A stretch of DNA of 64,000 nucleotides from Alphaproteobacteria bacterium (lineage in GTDB: Bacteria > Pseudomonadota > Alphaproteobacteria > CADEGL01): NCBI GenBank assembly GCA_046349515.1, contig JAXMCE010000001.1:138186-202185 (forward strand), written 5' to 3'. The notes beneath the pieces are model-generated. The model was given only the letters and a program-made list of their open reading frames with translations, did not search any database and was not told the origin of the DNA. Positions 1-9,064 of this stretch are shown piece after piece (the first letter of the stretch is position 1; each line of letters opens with the position of its first letter). The translations under genes were made by a program, and so were the position numbers.

Positions 1-925
1 GGGCGGCTTCGTCATGGTGCATGCGGAGAATTGGGAGGCCATCACCTGGCTCTCCCAGAAGCTCCTCGACTACGGCCACAGCGCGCCAAAATTCCACGCT
101 GTCTCGCGCCCCATGGCGGTCGAGCGCGAGGCGACCCACCGCGCGATCATGCTCTCGGAGCTGGTCGATGTGCCGATCCTCATCGTCCACGTCTCGGGCG
201 CGGAGGCCATCGAGCAGATCCGCTGGGCGCAGAGCAAGGGCCTCAAGATCTACGCCGAGACCTGCACGCAGTATCTGGCGCTCGCGGCCGAGGACCTCGA
301 CCAGCCGGGCCTCGAAGGGGCGCGCCACATGTGCAGCCCGCCGCCGCGCGAGCGCTCAAACCAGCCGGCCGTTTGGAACGGGCTCAAGACAGGCGTGTTC
401 CAGGTGCTCTCGAGCGACCACGCGCCCTTTCGCTACGACTCGTCAGGCAAGCTGGCGGGCGGCCCCAAGACCAATTTCAAGAAGATCGCGAACGGCGTGC
501 CGGGCTTGGAGGTGCGCCTCCCCATCCTCTTCAGCGAGGGCGTCGGCAAGGGCCGCATCGACATCCACCAGTTCGTCGCGGTGAGCTCGACCAATCCCGC
601 GCGGCTCTACGGCTTGGCGCCGCGGAAGGGCTCGATCGCCGTCGGCGGCGATGCCGACATCGCGATCTGGGATCCGAACAAGGAAGTCACGATCAGCCAG
701 GACATCCTTCACGACAACATGGACTACACGCCCTATGCGGGGATCAAGGTGACGGGCTGGCCGGTCATCACCTTGAGCCGCGGCGAGGTCGTCTGCCGCG
801 ACATGGAGTTCCTGGGCAAGAAAGGCCGCGGCCAGTACCTGCCGCGCGAGCTCTCGCCCATGGCGCAACCCTTGGGCCGCCTCCCCACCGGCTTCGATCC
901 GCATACGGGGGTCTACAAGGGGTAG
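1..925 (+). CDS. Dihydropyrimidinase / D-hydantoinase, C-terminal ~300 aa (5' end lies upstream of the window)
   Basis: The ORF is open from the window edge. The translation (...VLSSDHAPF..., GGDADIAIWDP...) matches the C-terminal half of cyclic amidohydrolases (dihydropyrimidinase/hydantoinase), including the metal-binding Asp region. Confidence 0.75.
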   Translation, partial: GGFVMVHAENWEAITWLSQKLLDYGHSAPKFHAVSRPMAVEREATHRAIMLSELVDVPILIVHVSGAEAIEQIRWAQSKGLKIYAETCTQYLALAAEDLDQPGLEGARHMCSPPPRERSNQPAVWNGLKTGVFQVLSSDHAPFRYDSSGKLAGGPKTNFKKIANGVPGLEVRLPILFSEGVGKGRIDIHQFVAVSSTNPARLYGLAPRKGSIAVGGDADIAIWDPNKEVTISQDILHDNMDYTPYAGIKVTGWPVITLSRGEVVCRDMEFLGKKGRGQYLPRELSPMAQPLGRLPTGFDPHTGVYKG

Positions 926-1040
926 GACGAAACGCCCTTGGGCGGCCCGCTCTCCGTCGAGAGCGAGAGACCGCCCTTCCTTTGATCCCGTCGCCCGAAC
1001 GTGCGACGATGGCGCCTCACGGACATCGCGGGAGGGCGCC

Positions 1041-1733
1041 ATGGCGAAATACCGGCTGGTCAGCTTCAAGACATGCCCCTGGGTGCAGCGCGCCGCGATC
1101 GTGCTGCGCGAGAAGTCGATCGACTTCGAGTTCCAGCACATCGAGGCCAACAACCGGCCCGACTGGTTCCGCGCCATCTCGCCGCACAACAAGGTGCCGG
1201 TGCTGCGCATCGACGACCGGATCTCTCTCTTCGAATCGGCGGCGATCGCCGAATACCTGGACGACGTGCACGCGCCGCGTCTCCATCCCGAGGATCCGGT
1301 CGAGCGCGCGATCAACCGCGCCTGGATCGAATACCTGCCGAGCTTTGTCGACCTGTCCTCGGGCCATGCCTACGCCGCGAGCGAGGCCGCCTATGCCAAG
1401 GCGGCCGCGGACGTCCCGTCAGCGCTCGGGAAGCTCGAGACGGCGCTCGAGCGCCAGGGCCGCGGTCCCTATTTCAACGGCGCGCGCTATTCGCTCGTCG
1501 ATGCGGCCTACGCGCCTTTCCTCCAGCGGCATCTCTTCCTCGAGCGCATCAGGAAGCTCGGCCATATCGACAAGTTCCCGCGGGTCAAGGCCTGGGCGGA
1601 GGCGCTCTCGGCCCGCCCCTCGACCCACAGCTTCCCGCCCGCCGAGTTCGAGGCCATGTACCGCGACGGGGTGAAACGGCGGAACGTGTGGATCTCGCAG
1701 TTCATCGAGGGACCCAAGGCCGCGGCAGAGTAG
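1041..1733 (+). CDS. Glutathione S-transferase family protein
   Basis: 230 aa. The N-terminal thioredoxin-like GST fold (YRLVSFKTCPWVQRAAIVL...NKVPVL...ESAAIAEYL) and a C-terminal helical domain are present. An RBS-like GGGAGGG lies upstream. Confidence 0.8.
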   Translation: MAKYRLVSFKTCPWVQRAAIVLREKSIDFEFQHIEANNRPDWFRAISPHNKVPVLRIDDRISLFESAAIAEYLDDVHAPRLHPEDPVERAINRAWIEYLPSFVDLSSGHAYAASEAAYAKAAADVPSALGKLETALERQGRGPYFNGARYSLVDAAYAPFLQRHLFLERIRKLGHIDKFPRVKAWAEALSARPSTHSFPPAEFEAMYRDGVKRRNVWISQFIEGPKAAAE

Positions 1734-1900
1734 CGGGCGCCTACGCCGAACGGCCTACGTCCCTTACCGCTCGCAATATGTGCGCACGCTCACTGTCGAT
1801 CGTCGGACGCGGCTGATAATTTGAGCCGCTGAAGGGCACGCAAGATCGCGGGCGCGGCAGCCCCTTGCCGGCGGCCCGCCGCACAATGGGGAGAGGCGCC

Positions 1901-2953
1901 ATGGCCATCGATCCGAACAAGCTCCAGGCCTTCCTCGGCAAGGCCGTGGGCGACCTCGGCGCCGCGGTGAGCGCGGCGCTGATCGCCATCGGCGACGAGC
2001 TCGGCCTCTACCGCGCGCTCGCGGACGGGCGCCTGACGCCGGCCGAGCTCGCCACGCGCACGAATACCAGCGAGCGCTACGTCCGCGAGTGGCTCGGCAA
2101 CCAGGCCGCCGGCGGCTACGTCGAATACGACGCCGCCGAAGGCAAATACTTTTTGACCGATGAGCAGGCCGCCTGCCTCGCCGATCCCAACGGCCCCGTC
2201 GACCTGCCCGGCGCCTATGCCCTCGTTCAGGACCTGTTCCACGTGTTCCCCCGCGCGCTCGAGAATTTCCGCACCGGCAAGGGCATGGAATGGGGCGAGC
2301 ACCATCCGTGCCTCTTCCACGGCACGGAGCGATTCTTCCGCGCGAGCTACAACATGCATCTCCTCGGCGACTGGCTGCCCAAGCTCGACGGTGTCGTCGC
2401 GAAGCTCGAACGCGGCGGACGCGGCGCCGACATCGGCTGCGGGCACGGGGCCAGCACCATCCTCATGGCCAAGGCCTTCCCGCGCTCGGAGTTCATCGGC
2501 TACGACTACCACGCGCCCTCGATCGAGGTCGCGCGCCGGCGCGCGGCCGAAGCGGGCGTCGCCAACGCGCGGTTCGAGGCGGCGGACGCGACGAGCTACG
2601 CGGAACGGGGTTTCGACCTCATCGCCTTCTTCGATTGCCTCCACGACATGGCGAATCCCGTCGGCACGGCCGCGCATGCGCGCCGCGCGCTCAAGTCAGA
2701 CGGGCACTGCATGATCGTCGAGCCCTTCGCGGGCGACAGGGTCGAAGACAACTTGAACCCCGTGGGGAGAGTCTTCTACGGCGCCTCATCGCTCATCTGC
2801 GTGCCGGTCTCGCTCGCCCAGAACGGCCCGGCGCTCGGCGCCCAGGCCGGCGAGGCGCGCTTGCGCGAGGTCGTCGTCACCGGCGGCGGATTCTCATCCT
2901 TCCGGCGCGCGACGGAAACGCCCTTCAACCTCATCCTCGAAGCGCGGCCCTGA
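1901..2953 (+). CDS. Class I SAM-dependent methyltransferase with N-terminal winged-helix (Rv2258c-like)
   Basis: Motif I DIGCGHGAS is present with an acidic motif II. The N-terminal LGLYRAL...TSERYVREWL region is a winged-helix dimerisation domain. ATG 1901 is chosen because of a strong RBS GGGGAGAGG 5 nt upstream. The track ORF begins at TTG 1865. Confidence 0.75.
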   Translation: MAIDPNKLQAFLGKAVGDLGAAVSAALIAIGDELGLYRALADGRLTPAELATRTNTSERYVREWLGNQAAGGYVEYDAAEGKYFLTDEQAACLADPNGPVDLPGAYALVQDLFHVFPRALENFRTGKGMEWGEHHPCLFHGTERFFRASYNMHLLGDWLPKLDGVVAKLERGGRGADIGCGHGASTILMAKAFPRSEFIGYDYHAPSIEVARRRAAEAGVANARFEAADATSYAERGFDLIAFFDCLHDMANPVGTAAHARRALKSDGHCMIVEPFAGDRVEDNLNPVGRVFYGASSLICVPVSLAQNGPALGAQAGEARLREVVVTGGGFSSFRRATETPFNLILEARP

Positions 2954-3003
2954 TCCGAAGCGCGCGCGGAGAACGACGCGCCGCCTTTCCCAGGCCACGC
3001 CCC

Positions 3004-4470
3004 TCACTCGAAGGCGGCCGTGAGGTCGCCCGCATTCGCGCGCACGCCCGCGAGCGGCTCGAGCGCGAAGCGCCGCGTGATGAACTTGATGATCGAGGTC
3101 GTGTCGTATTGCGTGTGGTCAACGTGGCGCTTCTTCGCGAACGGCGAGACGATGATGAGCGGCACGCGATTCCCCGGCCCCCAGCGGTCGCCCGCCGGCG
3201 GCGGCACGTGGTCCCAGAATCCGCCGTTCTCGTCATAGGCGACGATGATCGCCGTCTTGCGCCAGAGCGCCGTGTTGGCCTGGATGCGCTGGATGAGCGA
3301 GACGATGTGCCGGTCGCCCGAGAGCACCTCGGCGTAGCCCGGATGCTCGTTGAGGTTGCCCTGAGGCTTGTAGAAGGCGACCTGGGGCAAGGTGCCGGCG
3401 TCGATGTCGCGGAGAAATTCGCCGCCGTCCTTCAGATGCTCGGCCCGGTCGGCCGTGCCCGGCGCGAAGCGGAGGAAATAGTTGAAGGGCTGGTGGTGCG
3501 GCTGGAAGTTGACCTTGCCGTTGTCGTAGATGATCGCGCGGTCGGCCAGCGCCTGGTTCCACGCACCCGCATACCAGGCCCAGCTGACGCCTTTTTCCGA
3601 GAGCGCGTCGCCGATGGTGCGCGCTGTCTGCGGCGGCATTCGCATCTTCGCCGCGGGATCCGCCAGCAACGGATCGCCGTCCGCGGCGGGCTTGATTCCG
3701 CTCGGCTGGTAGGGAGGCTGGAGCGTGTTGACGCCGTAGCCGTCCGGCGTCACGGCACCGTCGGCCAAGGCCGGCGGCCCGTCCATCGCGGATGCGGGTG
3801 AATCGGCCTTGCGTGCAAGCCGCCCCTCGCCGTCGAGCGTCGCGCGGATCGAGGCGTCCGCGTCCTTGAACTCGGGCGTGCAGGCGCAGACGAGCCAAAA
3901 GTGGTTGAGCATGGAGCCGCCGAAGGCGCCCATGAAGGCGTGGTCGGCGAGCGTGTAGCGCCGCGCGATCGACCACATCGGCAGTTTCGATCCGTCGTAG
4001 TAGCCCATGACGAGGCCGCCCGCATCCGAGACGGCGGCGAAGCGGTCGTTCCGCCCGCCATCGATCTGCTCCTGGTTCTGGTAGAAGCGGTGGACGAGGT
4101 CGCGCGTCGGCACGCTCAACGGCTTGGCGACGGGCTTCCGGTCGATGCGGAACGGCCGGTTGGGAAGGCCCGTGGGATAGCTCGGATCGGCCGTGCCGCC
4201 GGCATCCTTCTTGTCCGACCAGACCGGCGGCAGGGCGCTCAAGACCGCGCCGTTGCGGTCGACCTGCGGCACGTCATGCGCGAGCGCATCCTTGATGCCG
4301 CGAGCTCCGGGATAAAGGCCGTAGAGGTTGTCGAAGCTCCGATTCTCCGCGTAGATCACGATGATGTGCTCGATGCGGTCGATCGACGCGGCGCTTGCCG
4401 CCGACGCGCACGCGGCGCTTGCCGCGGCCAAGACCGAGACGACGCATCGGATCAATCGCCCTACGTCCAT
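3004..4470 (-). CDS. Secreted phosphoesterase / acid phosphatase (AcpA / phospholipase C family)
   Basis: The translation has the phosphoesterase-family signature (IVIYAENRSFDNLYG...; ...VAYDENGGFWDHV...). An N-terminal signal peptide (VLAAASAACASAASAAS) is present. The second ATG (4470) carries a GGAGGG RBS 4 nt upstream, so start 4470 is preferred over 4482. Confidence 0.75.
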   Translation of the reverse strand: MDVGRLIRCVVSVLAAASAACASAASAASIDRIEHIIVIYAENRSFDNLYGLYPGARGIKDALAHDVPQVDRNGAVLSALPPVWSDKKDAGGTADPSYPTGLPNRPFRIDRKPVAKPLSVPTRDLVHRFYQNQEQIDGGRNDRFAAVSDAGGLVMGYYDGSKLPMWSIARRYTLADHAFMGAFGGSMLNHFWLVCACTPEFKDADASIRATLDGEGRLARKADSPASAMDGPPALADGAVTPDGYGVNTLQPPYQPSGIKPAADGDPLLADPAAKMRMPPQTARTIGDALSEKGVSWAWYAGAWNQALADRAIIYDNGKVNFQPHHQPFNYFLRFAPGTADRAEHLKDGGEFLRDIDAGTLPQVAFYKPQGNLNEHPGYAEVLSGDRHIVSLIQRIQANTALWRKTAIIVAYDENGGFWDHVPPPAGDRWGPGNRVPLIIVSPFAKKRHVDHTQYDTTSIIKFITRRFALEPLAGVRANAGDLTAAFE

Positions 4471-4653
4471 GAGTCCCTCCATTGCTTATTCCCGGTCACG
4501 CCCGACCGCGAAAGCGCCCCGCCGATCGACGAGACAGTATGGCGTCTCCGTGACCGTTTCGTTGCAGGCAGGCCCGCGACATGGCGCCTCGGCAACGGCC
4601 ACCCCCTTCGACGCCAAATCGGCGGCACTGTCAACCGAAGAGGCCAGCGGCGG

Positions 4654-5652
4654 CTAGGACCGCGTCGTCTCCATGAAGAACCGCGCGATGGCGCGGTCAT
4701 GCCAGGGCGCCTTGTGGCCCCGCGCGTGGAAGCCGACATGGCCGCCCGATTCCGTGAGCACCGGCCGCAGCATGGCGTTTCTCGGCCAATCGTACGCAAG
4801 GTACGGGCGCGGCGGAATCCACGGATCGTCGAGCGCATGGATGACGAGCGTCGGCACCCGCACGCCGTCGAGATAGGCCTTGGCCGAGCAATGGGCGTAG
4901 TAATCGTCGGCGCCCGTGAATCCGTTGCGCGGGGCAACGAAGGTGTCATCGAACGCATAGACGCTCCGCGCGCGCCGGATCGCGATCCGCTCCGCATCCG
5001 AGAGCGCCGCCGGCGCCGCGAGCGCTTCCTGCTTCATCGCGAGGATCATGTAGAGGTGATAGAGCGTGTTGCGCCACGCCATGAGGCGCTGGCCAGCCTC
5101 CGCAAGGTCGATCGGCGCCGAGATGACCGCGGCCGCGCGGAAGGGTGCCGCCGCCCCTTCCTCGCCGAGATATTTGAGCAGCATGGAGCCGCCGAGCGAG
5201 AAGCCGACCGCGACGATGCCGTTCGCCGTCACATGGCGCGGCAGCGATGCGAGAGCGCGCCGCAGATCGTCCGAGCGCCCCGCATGGTACTGGTCGCGGC
5301 AGAAGGCGCGGCTCGGCCCTGCGCCCCGGAGGTTCAAGCGCAGCACGGGGAAGCCCTCGCCGAGGAACCACGCGGCCGAGGCGCGCACATAGGCGCTGTC
5401 CTCGCAACCCGCGAGGCCGTGGATGATGACGACCAACGGCCGCACTGGCGCCCGCTCGACCGCCGCGCCATTCGCGTGGTAGGCGGCGGCCAGCGAATCG
5501 CCGTCGCCGAGCGGCAGGAGAATTCGCACGGCCGGCCACCGGTCGAGATTCGCGCTCGGCCGCACGAGGAAGTTGCGCACCGTCTGGAGATCGCCGCCCC
5601 ACCACGGCCCGCGCGGCCCGAATCGCTCTGCTGAATCGCCGATCCCGTGCAT
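4654..5652 (-). CDS. Alpha/beta hydrolase, YheT/ABHD-type
   Basis: PWWGGDLQT near the N-terminus, HGLAG...GFSLGG nucleophile elbow, and a C-terminal D...H. Start is set at MHGIGD (5652) by analogy with YheT N-termini. The track ORF extends to 5775 through the repeat region. Confidence 0.7.
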   Translation of the reverse strand: MHGIGDSAERFGPRGPWWGGDLQTVRNFLVRPSANLDRWPAVRILLPLGDGDSLAAAYHANGAAVERAPVRPLVVIIHGLAGCEDSAYVRASAAWFLGEGFPVLRLNLRGAGPSRAFCRDQYHAGRSDDLRRALASLPRHVTANGIVAVGFSLGGSMLLKYLGEEGAAAPFRAAAVISAPIDLAEAGQRLMAWRNTLYHLYMILAMKQEALAAPAALSDAERIAIRRARSVYAFDDTFVAPRNGFTGADDYYAHCSAKAYLDGVRVPTLVIHALDDPWIPPRPYLAYDWPRNAMLRPVLTESGGHVGFHARGHKAPWHDRAIARFFMETTRS

Positions 5653-5663
5653 CGGTCTCATTC

Positions 5664-5707
5664 TAATCTGCGCGCTCAATTTTAATCTGGGCGCATAGTT
5701 TAATCTG
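5664..5707. promoter_or_regulatory. Three direct repeats TTNTAATCTGNNCGC spaced 18-19 bp, immediately upstream of the YheT-like hydrolase start
   Basis: taatctg occurs at 5664-5670, 5683-5689 and 5701-5707 with conserved flanks (ttctaatctgcgcgc / ttttaatctgggcgc / gtttaatctggacga). The repeats sit in the divergent intergenic region 5653-5844. Confidence 0.4.
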
Positions 5708-5844
5708 GACGAACAGGGCGCCAAATCAATTGCCGCGCCCGCCCCCACGCGGCACACTCCGCGGCACCGCAACACGCTTGGTCACAGTTTCGCCACACGA
5801 ATGATGACCGTGTCCCTCATGCGCACCAATACGAGCGCCGTCTC

Positions 5845-6990
5845 TTGAGACGAGCCCTGAGGCTCCTCGTTCCTCTGGCCTTCCTCCTCGTCCTCCCGTT
5901 TGCCGCGGGAGCGGAGTTCGAGGCGGGACAGCGTGCCTACGACCAGGGCGATTTCGCGATGGCCTTGCGCGAGTGGCGGCCGGCGGCCGATGCGGGCCAT
6001 GCGGGCGCGCGGAACGGTCTCGGCCTTCTCTATCGCGACGGCAAGGGCGTGGCGCCGAGCGATGCGGAGGCCGTCGCCTGGTTCCGCCTCGCGGCCCAAC
6101 AGGGCTCGGCCGAGGCCGAGAACAATTTGGGCGTCATGGCCGAGGAAGGGCGCGGCGTCGCCCAGAACGATGCTGAGGCCGTGCGCCTCTACCGGAGCGC
6201 CGCGGAGAAGAAGCTGCCGGCGGCCGCAAGCAATCTCGGCCTCATGTATGCGAGGGGCCGCGGCGTGCCTCGCGACGACCAGGCGGCCGTGCGCTGGTTC
6301 CAGCTCGCGGCCGCGCAAGGCTATGCGCCGGCGCAGCACAATCTGGCCTTCATGTATGTCGAGGGGCGCGGCGTCGCGCAGAATTTCGCCGAAGCCGTGC
6401 GCTGGTACCGCCAGGCCGCGGCGCAGGGCCACGCGGCGGCGCAGAACAACCTCGGACGGCGCTACGAGCTTGGCCAGGGAGTCGCGACCGACGAGGCCGA
6501 GGCCGCGCACTGGTACCAGCTCGCAGCCGCTCAGGGGCGCACGGAGGCACAGTTCAACCTGGGGCAGCTCTACGAGGATGGGCGCGGCGTGCCACGCGAC
6601 CTGGCCGAGGCGCGCCGCCTCTACGAGCAGGCGGCGGCGAAATACCCGCCGGGGCGCGAGCGCGACGACGCGATCAAGGCGCGCGACCGCGTGAACGCCA
6701 AGCTCGCGGCCGCGATCGGCGAGCCGGCACTCGCCGGCGCGTGGCGAAGCACGACCGGCGCCCGCCAGTCGCTCACCATCAGGGACACGGGCGACTATCT
6801 TCTTCTCACGACGACCGCCGCGGGCGGCGAGACGCGCGAGACGGGCCGCTGGTTCGCCAAGGACGGGCGCGCCACGCGCATGGCCCAGGGCCGCACGGTC
6901 GAGCTTCGCTACCGTCTCATCGACCCCCAGAGCTTCGAGACTGCCCCGTCGGGCGGGGCCTGGACGCGCTGGGTCCGCGCCGGAACCTGA
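5845..6990 (+). CDS. Secreted Sel1-repeat (TPR-like) protein
   Basis: Signal peptide LLVPLAFLLVLPFAAGA. At least 7 tandem ~36-aa Sel1 repeats (AEAVRWYRLAAQQGxAxAQNNLGxMYxxGRGVxxD...). Confidence 0.8.
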   Translation: MRRALRLLVPLAFLLVLPFAAGAEFEAGQRAYDQGDFAMALREWRPAADAGHAGARNGLGLLYRDGKGVAPSDAEAVAWFRLAAQQGSAEAENNLGVMAEEGRGVAQNDAEAVRLYRSAAEKKLPAAASNLGLMYARGRGVPRDDQAAVRWFQLAAAQGYAPAQHNLAFMYVEGRGVAQNFAEAVRWYRQAAAQGHAAAQNNLGRRYELGQGVATDEAEAAHWYQLAAAQGRTEAQFNLGQLYEDGRGVPRDLAEARRLYEQAAAKYPPGRERDDAIKARDRVNAKLAAAIGEPALAGAWRSTTGARQSLTIRDTGDYLLLTTTAAGGETRETGRWFAKDGRATRMAQGRTVELRYRLIDPQSFETAPSGGAWTRWVRAGT

Positions 6991-7099
6991 GTCGCGCCGA
7001 AGAGCGCGATTGCCGCAGGCGAGACCAAGGCCCACACTCGGATGCGCGCTTCGTCCGGCTCCGACGCCGGATGGCGTCGCGCGCTCGAGAGGAGGCTCC

Positions 7100-7861
7100 A
7101 TGGAACTCAACGGCAAGACGGCCCTCATCACCGGCGGGACCTCCGGCATCGGCGCCGCGACGGTCGCGGCCTTCGCCCGCGAGGGCGCGCGCGTGCTCTT
7201 CACGGGCCGCGACCGCGCACGCGGCGCGCGCGTCCAGGCGGCCTGCGCAAGTGATCAGGTCACATTCCTGCCCGGCGACCTGAAGGATACCGAGTTCACC
7301 CACGGCCTCGTCTCCCAAGCGATCCGCCAACTCGGCTCGCTCGACATCCTTGTCAACAATGCGGGCCTTCTCTATCGCACGGCCCCCATCGACACGAGCG
7401 ACGCCCATTGGCGCGAGATGTTCCAGGTCAACGTCGATTCGGTGTTCGTGCTCTCGCGCGCGGCCGTCGAGGCCATGCGGGCCGCGAAGACGCGCGGCGC
7501 GATCGTGAACGTGGGCTCCGAGACGAGTCTCGTCGGCGCCAAGGGCCTCGGCGCCTATGCCGCGACCAAGGGAGCGGTCGCGCTCCTCACGCGCTCCATG
7601 GCGCTCGACCATGCCGAGGAGGGCATCCGCATCAACGCCGTCTGCCCCGGCGAGGTGCACACGGCGATGCTCGAATCGGCGATCACCCAGCGCGGCATGA
7701 AGGTGCCCGAGGGCCTCGGCGTTCTCGCGAGCCACGTGCCTATGAAGCGCGTATCCCAGCCCGAGGAGATCGCGGAGACAATCCTGTTCCTCGCCTCCCA
7801 ACGCGCGAGCTACATCACCGGCGCGCTTCTCTCGGTGGACGGCGGCACGACCGCGCGCTAG
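7100..7861 (+). CDS. Short-chain dehydrogenase/reductase (SDR)
   Basis: TGGTSGIGAA Rossmann motif, NNAG, and a catalytic YxxxK (YAATKGAV). [12 protein letters not shown] is 3 nt upstream of the ATG. Confidence 0.85.
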   Translation: MELNGKTALITGGTSGIGAATVAAFAREGARVLFTGRDRARGARVQAACASDQVTFLPGDLKDTEFTHGLVSQAIRQLGSLDILVNNAGLLYRTAPIDTSDAHWREMFQVNVDSVFVLSRAAVEAMRAAKTRGAIVNVGSETSLVGAKGLGAYAATKGAVALLTRSMALDHAEEGIRINAVCPGEVHTAMLESAITQRGMKVPEGLGVLASHVPMKRVSQPEEIAETILFLASQRASYITGALLSVDGGTTAR

Positions 7862-7948
7862 ACCCGTCGATATCGGGCAGATCGCGCTTCAGCCGGTGGC
7901 TCGTCGTGATGCAAGATCCGTATCGGCCGCGAAGGAAGGAGATGTCTC

Positions 7949-8959
7949 GTGACAGCCATCGTCCTCGCTGGTGAGGCGCGCGATCCATCTCGCTTCACCG
8001 CGCTTCGGCGCGCAGCCGCCGCGACCACGGCGCGCCACCCGTTCTTTTGGGGCGTCGTTCTCATGGTCCTGACCACGAGTCTGTGGGGCTTGACCTTCCT
8101 GCCGCCGATCGCCATCCCCGACGCCACAGCCACCGAAGTCGCGTTTGGCCGCTTCCTCGTGTACGGCCTCATTTCGTCTCTCACGCTCGATCTCGGCCGC
8201 CTCTTGCGCCTGCCCGCAGGGATCCTCGTGCGCGCCCTCCTCTTCGCCCTGGCCGGCAACGTCGTCTATTACGTCGTGCTCATGGTGGGCATGCGGCTCG
8301 CCGGCGCCACGATGGGCGTGCTGATCATCGGCTTGCTTCCCGTGACGGTCTCGGTCGTCGGGCAATTGCACGCCGATGCCCGCGCGCTCAAGGGTCTCGC
8401 CGTTCCCTTCTTGCTGTTCGGGGCCGGCGTGATCTTTTTCAATGCGGCACGGACCGATTTCTTCCGCGACGTCTCCCATCTCTCGTTCGTCGGCCTTCTC
8501 TGCATCACGGCGAGCCTCGCGATGTGGACCTGGTACGCCATTGCCAACGCCCGCTTTCTCAAGGCGACGACCGTGGTTTCCGCGAAGGAATGGAGCTCCA
8601 TCATCGGAATCCTCTCGCTCATCGTGTCCCTCGCCGGCCTTCCCGTCAGTTGGTCGCTCGGCCTTGCGCGCGATCCGAGCACCCTGAGTGTCCCGGATTT
8701 GTCCCAGCTCGCGCTCTGGAGTGTCCTTCTCGGCGCGGGAACGACCTGGCTCGGCACGGTCCTTTTCAACATGGCGTCCAAGCTTCTTGAGGTTTCGGTG
8801 CTCGGCCAACTCATCGTCTTCGACGTGATTTTCGGCACGATCTATGTATTGATGGTGATGGATACGGCACCTTCGATTTTCGAGCTGGCAGGCTTGGCGG
8901 TAGCCCTGTTCGCAATCTGGCTGTCAGTCCATCGGCTTCAGCGCCTTGGGCAACCGTAA
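7949..8959 (+). CDS. DMT-superfamily (EamA-like) transporter
   Basis: About 10 predicted TM helices across two EamA-like halves. GTG 7949 has an AGGAAGGAG RBS. An alternative ATG lies at 8066. Confidence 0.65.
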   Translation: MTAIVLAGEARDPSRFTALRRAAAATTARHPFFWGVVLMVLTTSLWGLTFLPPIAIPDATATEVAFGRFLVYGLISSLTLDLGRLLRLPAGILVRALLFALAGNVVYYVVLMVGMRLAGATMGVLIIGLLPVTVSVVGQLHADARALKGLAVPFLLFGAGVIFFNAARTDFFRDVSHLSFVGLLCITASLAMWTWYAIANARFLKATTVVSAKEWSSIIGILSLIVSLAGLPVSWSLGLARDPSTLSVPDLSQLALWSVLLGAGTTWLGTVLFNMASKLLEVSVLGQLIVFDVIFGTIYVLMVMDTAPSIFELAGLAVALFAIWLSVHRLQRLGQP

Positions 8960-9064
8960 GTTGTCCGAGTGTCGGGGCTGTCGCCGACGCACGGCTAGGC
9001 GCGGCAACCGCCCATGGGACACGCGGCAAAGCATCTCTAAGGCATCTCCAGGGAGTCTGACGCC

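Noticed and set aside
926-1000. Imperfect GC-rich hairpin (GGGCGGCCCGCTCTC…GAGAGACCGCCC) after the hydantoinase gene
   Set aside because: It is a plausible intrinsic terminator, but the stem is imperfect and the downstream U-tract is weak. I did not list it as a feature.
31-1674. 547-aa plus-strand ORF spanning the hydantoinase and GST genes in another frame
   Set aside because: It is an out-of-frame read-through of two real genes. Its composition is Arg/Pro/Gly-rich, and both overlapped genes have clear homolog-like translations in their own frames.
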